Below, one piece after another: positions 59,345 through 64,000 of a DNA stretch of 64,000 bases. The number at the start of each line of letters is the position of its first letter. Position 1 is the stretch's first letter. The stretch lies in NCBI GenBank assembly GCA_965216875.1, contig OZ244207.1, positions 3,488,001 to 3,552,000 of the forward strand, written 5' to 3'. The notes under the pieces are model-generated. The model was given only the letters and a program-made list of their open reading frames with translations. It searched no databases and was not told the origin of the DNA. Made by a program: the position numbers and the translations under genes. This stretch comes from Rubripirellula sp. GTDB lineage: Bacteria; Planctomycetota; Planctomycetia; Pirellulales; Pirellulaceae.

Positions 59345-59884
59345 TTAGGAGACGGCGCGGACGACCGCTTCACCAGCTGTTGATGGGGCGGCGGCACCTC
59401 GGACCATTGCAATCCGGCCAGTACGAACCAGCTCGGTGATGCCATAGGGGCGCATCCGTTCGATGAAGGCTTGGACCTTGTTTTCGCGGCCCGAGATTTC
59501 GATCATCACTTCCTCGGGACCAACATCAACAATGCGGCCACGGAAGATCTCGACAAGCTCACGGATCTCGCTGCGTGAGTTGCCAGCCGGAGCCTTCACT
59601 TTCATGAGCAATAGATCTCGCTCGACAAAATCACGGCTGCTGACGTCCAACACGCGAACCACCGTGACAATCTTTTCCAACTGTTTGCCGACTTGTTCCA
59701 AGACACTGTCGTCACCGACGACGACAAAGGTCATCCGAGAGAGATGGGGATCCTCGGTTTCACCGACCGCGAGCGAGTCGATGTTGAAGCCTCGCGAGGC
59801 AAGCATGCCGGAAATATGAGCCAGCACACCCGGCACGTTCTGGACGAGGGCCGAGAGAACGTGTCGTTGGTTGGGGTTGGACAT
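59345..59884 (-). CDS. ilvN: Acetolactate synthase small subunit
   Basis: ACT domain N.PGVL..ISG....RGFNIDSL.VGETED; ELVRTG. Confidence 0.95.
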   Translation of the reverse strand: MSNPNQRHVLSALVQNVPGVLAHISGMLASRGFNIDSLAVGETEDPHLSRMTFVVVGDDSVLEQVGKQLEKIVTVVRVLDVSSRDFVERDLLLMKVKAPAGNSRSEIRELVEIFRGRIVDVGPEEVMIEISGRENKVQAFIERMRPYGITELVRTGRIAMVRGAAAPSTAGEAVVRAVS

Positions 59885-60362
59885 TAGTGGGCTTGTCAGA
59901 AATCAGTTTGAGGGAAAGTTCGAAGAACGTCGCGAAGCATGATAATTTTGGGACCCAAATCCAACAAGGTGCAGCCTTTAGGGCCAACCGGATTTGAGCC
60001 GATCGTCATGTCGCGCCGACGCGATTAGGGAGTCTGGAGAAGCCGAAAGGTTCGCTCCCGCCGAGCACCATGACGTCCCGAATCGGACAGGTGAAAACCG
60101 ACCTGCCGCAGCTTGATCCCACGGCCTGGCAGAGGCTGGACCCTGGATCACCCCGTTGCAAGTAGGGCAAGGTGGCCAGAGCCACCGTTAGGCCGGCCGA
60201 CCCGGCGAAGCAGTCGCACGGAGAGGTCGCCCGCTTTTGCTGTCGTGTCTTGCCGGGGCCTCCGCCGACCGCTCCCGGATCCCAATTCCGCTGACAATTT
60301 CCAGCCCCAGCGCCTAGAATGGTCGTCATCCTGTTTTTTTCTGATCCCGTCCTAGGAACTCC

Positions 60363-61172
60363 ATGTCGGCCTTTCGAATCGAGCTGCCAGCCTACCGCGG
60401 CCCCATGGACCTGTTGCTCTACCTGGTCCGGCGTCACGAGGTCAGTTTGGGCGAAATGCCGATCGCCAAGATCGTCGACCAGTACGTCGAATACATCGAT
60501 GTCCTGCAAGAACTCGACCTCGGTGATGTGGCCGATTTCATCGACCTCGCCACAACGCTTGTCGAACTCAAGAGCCAGGCGGTCTTGCCCAAAGTGGTCG
60601 ACCCGTCCGAAGAGGAAGAGCAGATCGTCGACCCTCAGGACGAACTGGTCGAACGGCTGCTACAGTACCGCGAGATTCGCGACGCCGCCGCGGTGCTCGA
60701 CGAGATGGGTTCGCGTTGGCAACAGCGTTATGAGCGAATGTCCGACGACCTGCCCAAACGCCGTGTCGATATGGGTGACCAACCGATCGTCGATCTCGAG
60801 ATCTGGGACTTGGTCAGTGCCTTTGGCCGGATCATGCGTGAAGCGGCCGGCCCGCCGCAAACCGAAGTGATCTACGACGACACTCCGATCCACGTTTACA
60901 TGCAACGGATTCACACGCGTCTGGCCGACACCGATCGTTTCCCGTTGATCGACCTGATCGAAGGGGGCATCCACAAGTCGTCGCTGATTGGATGGTTCCT
61001 AGCCACACTCGAACTGACCCGTCACCACGGCGCCGTGGTCGAACAGAACGAACATGGTGACATCTTTGTCGTGCGTCCGCAAAACTATTCGGCCGACCTC
61101 GATGTGAACGAGGTCGACAATTACGGCACCGAAGAGTTTGACAAGGTCAACATGCCAGGTCGGCCAAGGTAG
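60363..61172 (+). CDS. scpA: Segregation and condensation protein A
   Basis: Y.GPMDLLLYLV, LVELKS..VLP, FLATLEL kleisin motifs. Confidence 0.9.
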   Translation: MSAFRIELPAYRGPMDLLLYLVRRHEVSLGEMPIAKIVDQYVEYIDVLQELDLGDVADFIDLATTLVELKSQAVLPKVVDPSEEEEQIVDPQDELVERLLQYREIRDAAAVLDEMGSRWQQRYERMSDDLPKRRVDMGDQPIVDLEIWDLVSAFGRIMREAAGPPQTEVIYDDTPIHVYMQRIHTRLADTDRFPLIDLIEGGIHKSSLIGWFLATLELTRHHGAVVEQNEHGDIFVVRPQNYSADLDVNEVDNYGTEEFDKVNMPGRPR

Positions 61173-61182
61173 GTACGACGAA

Positions 61183-61502
61183 CGTAGCTACCTTCGCCAG
61201 AAGGTGGATCAAATGGGTGACCGCGCCCGCAGCACCACCACGCTCTAGCTTGGGGCCCGACGCTAGCGCGTGCGGCTCACGGGTGTGGTGCCATGTCGAA
61301 GATTCCGCCTGAAGGCGGTACTACGAACGTAGCTACCTTCGCCAGAAGGTGGAACAAATGGGTGACCGCGCCCGCAGCAGCACCACGCTCTGGCGAGCGT
61401 AGCTACAGTGACTCTTGAGCTTGGGGCCCGAGGCTAACGCGCTCGGCTCGCGGGTGGTGGCGTCATGTCGAAGATTCCGCCTGAAGGCGGTACTACGAAC
61501 GT
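61183..61502. repeat. REP/BIME-like cluster (families B, C and D) between convergent genes
   Basis: GTAGCTACCTTCGCCAGAAGGTGG x2; GATTCCGCCTGAAGGCGGTACTACGAAC x2; GGGCCCGA.GCTA.CGCG...GGCTC x2. Confidence 0.85.
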
Positions 61503-61542
61503 GCTAGTGGGTTCGGCTCGCGGGTGTCATGCACAGCATGAC

Positions 61543-62982
61543 CTACGAGGTTGCTGCGACAGGCATGTCGGCGACTTGGTACGCTCGCGAGCGGAACAGG
61601 AAGTCGATGATGTTGCCTTCGTGCGGCTGCAACCAATTCAATCGATTGGTTGGAATGGGTCCAATGTTTAATCGATCGATCTCAATGCACGCACCGGCTG
61701 CATCGATCAACGATTGATCTTGCGTCAGCACCGTGCCCACCAAGGTCGGGCCGATACGCCGCAACATCTCGGCTTGCGGGCACTCGACGACACTGACAAA
61801 TGGGAACATGTATTCTTTCGATGCCACTTGGCGATCGGGCGAATCGGCATGAACCACCATTGGCCGCAAGTACGCACAATGCTCGCGTTCGATCAGCTTT
61901 TCGCCGTACTCGGCCGTCATGTCGGTCACTCCAGCTTCAGCCAAATCCTGCTGGACCATGGCGTGAGTTCCCGTGGCCATCGCTGGAACGGTGAACGCAG
62001 CAAGCTGAGCTTCCGGATCACTCGGCGGCGTGACATCGACAGGACCAATTTTTTCGGCAATCGCCTGGGCGATCTCGCGTGTGTGTCGGCTTGCCCAGAT
62101 GCCGCTGCAGTTGATGCAACTGCGTCCCGAGTTGGACAGAACACTCTCGACCATCAAGTCGAGGTAGTCTTGCCAATCGTCGACGATGTCGTCGCCGAGA
62201 AGGATTTTTGAAAAGCCGGGGCCGTGAGCCTGGACCTTGGGGTTGCCAGCGTGTTGGGCAACCGTTTGAGCACTGCCAAAGATCATGCTTCGCGACGCCT
62301 TGGTCATGATCGCGCCACCGGCATCGTGGCCACCTGGATAAAGCCCAAAGGCTTCGGCGGGAATGCCCGCTTCGATGAAGGCCGAAACCATGCGGTAGGG
62401 CGTCCAAGGTTCTTGCGAACCGGGCTTGAGTGCCAAGCCGACTTGCAATGGAATCGCTGGCAGCCAAAGCGTGTGCACGCCGGGTGAGTTGTTCGGCAGC
62501 ACTGCGCCCAGGATTGGCGTTTGACACTGGTAGCTGACAATGACGCCGCGACCTTCTTCACCAAATCCCCGTGAGAGGATCGAGAGGTCTAGGCCGCGAG
62601 TTAGACACTCGAGAATCTGATCGATGTTACTAAGAACAAAACTGTTCTTGGCCATGTTCGAGCGGCACATGTGCTCGGGCAAGCCGGTGCTAGCCGATTG
62701 CTGGTGCACAAAGTCATCGACCGATTGAATCGAATCACCGACCTTCAAATCCGACGACTCGAACAGGACGGCCGCGCGTTTGCAACGTTCGACAAGTTCG
62801 TCGACCGACAATTGCAGCAAAGCATCGCGTGCCGACTGAGCCTTTCGCATGTCGCGACCCACGATGCCACCACCAACCGAGCCGACCTTTGCAATCGGCT
62901 CGCCAGTGTCAAAGTGAACAACGTCATTAACCTCAAGCGACTCGTACGGCTTGCCCCAACGTAGCGGACTAAGAGTGATCAT
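61543..62982 (-). CDS. Aldehyde-dehydrogenase-fold reductase (GriD/EhpG/LuxC-like)
   Basis: VLPNNSPG, LKPG, NSGRSCINCS, EYMFPF; HGPG replaces ELGG. Confidence 0.8.
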   Translation of the reverse strand: MITLSPLRWGKPYESLEVNDVVHFDTGEPIAKVGSVGGGIVGRDMRKAQSARDALLQLSVDELVERCKRAAVLFESSDLKVGDSIQSVDDFVHQQSASTGLPEHMCRSNMAKNSFVLSNIDQILECLTRGLDLSILSRGFGEEGRGVIVSYQCQTPILGAVLPNNSPGVHTLWLPAIPLQVGLALKPGSQEPWTPYRMVSAFIEAGIPAEAFGLYPGGHDAGGAIMTKASRSMIFGSAQTVAQHAGNPKVQAHGPGFSKILLGDDIVDDWQDYLDLMVESVLSNSGRSCINCSGIWASRHTREIAQAIAEKIGPVDVTPPSDPEAQLAAFTVPAMATGTHAMVQQDLAEAGVTDMTAEYGEKLIEREHCAYLRPMVVHADSPDRQVASKEYMFPFVSVVECPQAEMLRRIGPTLVGTVLTQDQSLIDAAGACIEIDRLNIGPIPTNRLNWLQPHEGNIIDFLFRSRAYQVADMPVAATS

Positions 62983-63054
62983 ATTTCTTGAACGATTTAT
63001 CTTCGGGATGATTGTGTTGATGTGCCAGTAAGAACGCGAGCGTGGCCACTCGGC

Positions 63055-64000
63055 CTAGTAAACACCGACCGTGGTGGCACTCGCTAACTCGTGGAAGGGT
63101 CGAACACCGCTGACACCATCCCAGGGATAGGTATCGAAGGGGGCTTCGCGTTCACCTTCATCACGTTCCATGAATCCAGGCACAAAGAACTCGTCGGTCA
63201 ACGTGTAAAGTTTGACGCGTCCTGTTTCGCCGTAGCCAACGACTTGGTTGTAGTCATCGAACGAAACCACTTCCGTTGCGGCACGCGGCTGCGGCGCGTA
63301 GTAGCTGATCTTGTAACCATCCGCCGCGTTGATCGGCTTGCTGCAAGCGAGCCCCATGAGTGTGTTGCCGTAGGTTGGCGTCATGTAAACACCGCTCTCT
63401 TCGACAGGCCCACCGAGCAATTCGTCGACACAAAACCGAGTCCACTGGGGCGTGAATTCGGTACCACCTGAAAAGATACCGGTGATGCCAACTTCGGCGA
63501 TGCTCGTGCCGCGTTCTTCCAACGCTTCGCCAAGCGACTCAATCAACTTTGGCGTACCGAACATGCACTTGATGTCGTGGCCCGCGGTCAGCACGGTGAC
63601 CGCTTGGTCGATGCAGTGCTTTTTGTACTCTTCGAGATGTTCCATCCATCCCTTCTTGATCAACTTCACGACCCAGCGGGGGTCGAGATCGATACAGAAG
63701 CAGATGCCGTCTCGATGCTGGGCCAAATGTTCGACGGCCAACCGCAAACGCCGAGGGCCACTTGGGCCAAGCATCAACCAGTTGGCGCCGCGCGGAAAGT
63801 ACTGGTCAGGCAAGGTATCGCTGAACAGCTCGTAGTCCTTCCAATGGTCTTCGATCACGACCCGACTTTTGGGAACGCCCGTGGTGCCCCCGGTTTCGAA
63901 CACGTAGGTCGGCTTGCCGGCATGCCCCTTGGGAACCCAACGGCGAACAGGACCGCCGCGCAACCAATCGTCTTCAAAGAGTGGAAACTTCTTCAAGTCA
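63055..64000 (-). CDS. ANL-superfamily adenylating protein (EhpF/GriC/LuxE-like), 5'-truncated by the window edge
   Basis: FETGGTTGVPK P-loop, IDLDPRWV, YGNT, ERD motifs. Confidence 0.75.
   Translation of the reverse strand, partial: DLKKFPLFEDDWLRGGPVRRWVPKGHAGKPTYVFETGGTTGVPKSRVVIEDHWKDYELFSDTLPDQYFPRGANWLMLGPSGPRRLRLAVEHLAQHRDGICFCIDLDPRWVVKLIKKGWMEHLEEYKKHCIDQAVTVLTAGHDIKCMFGTPKLIESLGEALEERGTSIAEVGITGIFSGGTEFTPQWTRFCVDELLGGPVEESGVYMTPTYGNTLMGLACSKPINAADGYKISYYAPQPRAATEVVSFDDYNQVVGYGETGRVKLYTLTDEFFVPGFMERDEGEREAPFDTYPWDGVSGVRPFHELASATTVGVY

Overview
Planctomycete-type (Pirellulaceae-like) chromosomal window, inferred from the PVC-type heme proteins and the LERR-type extracellular leader. 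The flanks (1-33 kb and 55.5-64 kb) hold ordinary genes: hflK/hflC/SPFH, efpL, glycosyltransferases, hpt, a YihY protein, two large cytochrome c/beta-propeller proteins, a TlpA-like thioredoxin, ilvN-ilvC, scpA and a GriC/GriD-like pair. Several dispersed GTAG-type REP families lie between them. The main discovery is a ~21 kb integron-type gene-cassette array at ~33.1-54.2 kb. It has about 30 short, unrelated ORFs, all on the minus strand, separated by about 34 imperfect palindromes with attC architecture; intact ones are 89-92 bp. Several cassettes show matching left and right core boundaries. The array head has an attI-like junction, a TTGACA-17-GAGAAT promoter pointing into the array and five copies of a GTATTCTCAC motif. 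No integrase gene is visible in the window; a repeat mosaic sits where intI would be expected. The attC sites decay with distance from the head, and several cassettes resemble toxin-immunity proteins. A candidate ~200 nt rod-shaped ncRNA with its own promoter and terminator lies downstream of efpL. All family assignments come from motif recognition by eye; no database searches were run.
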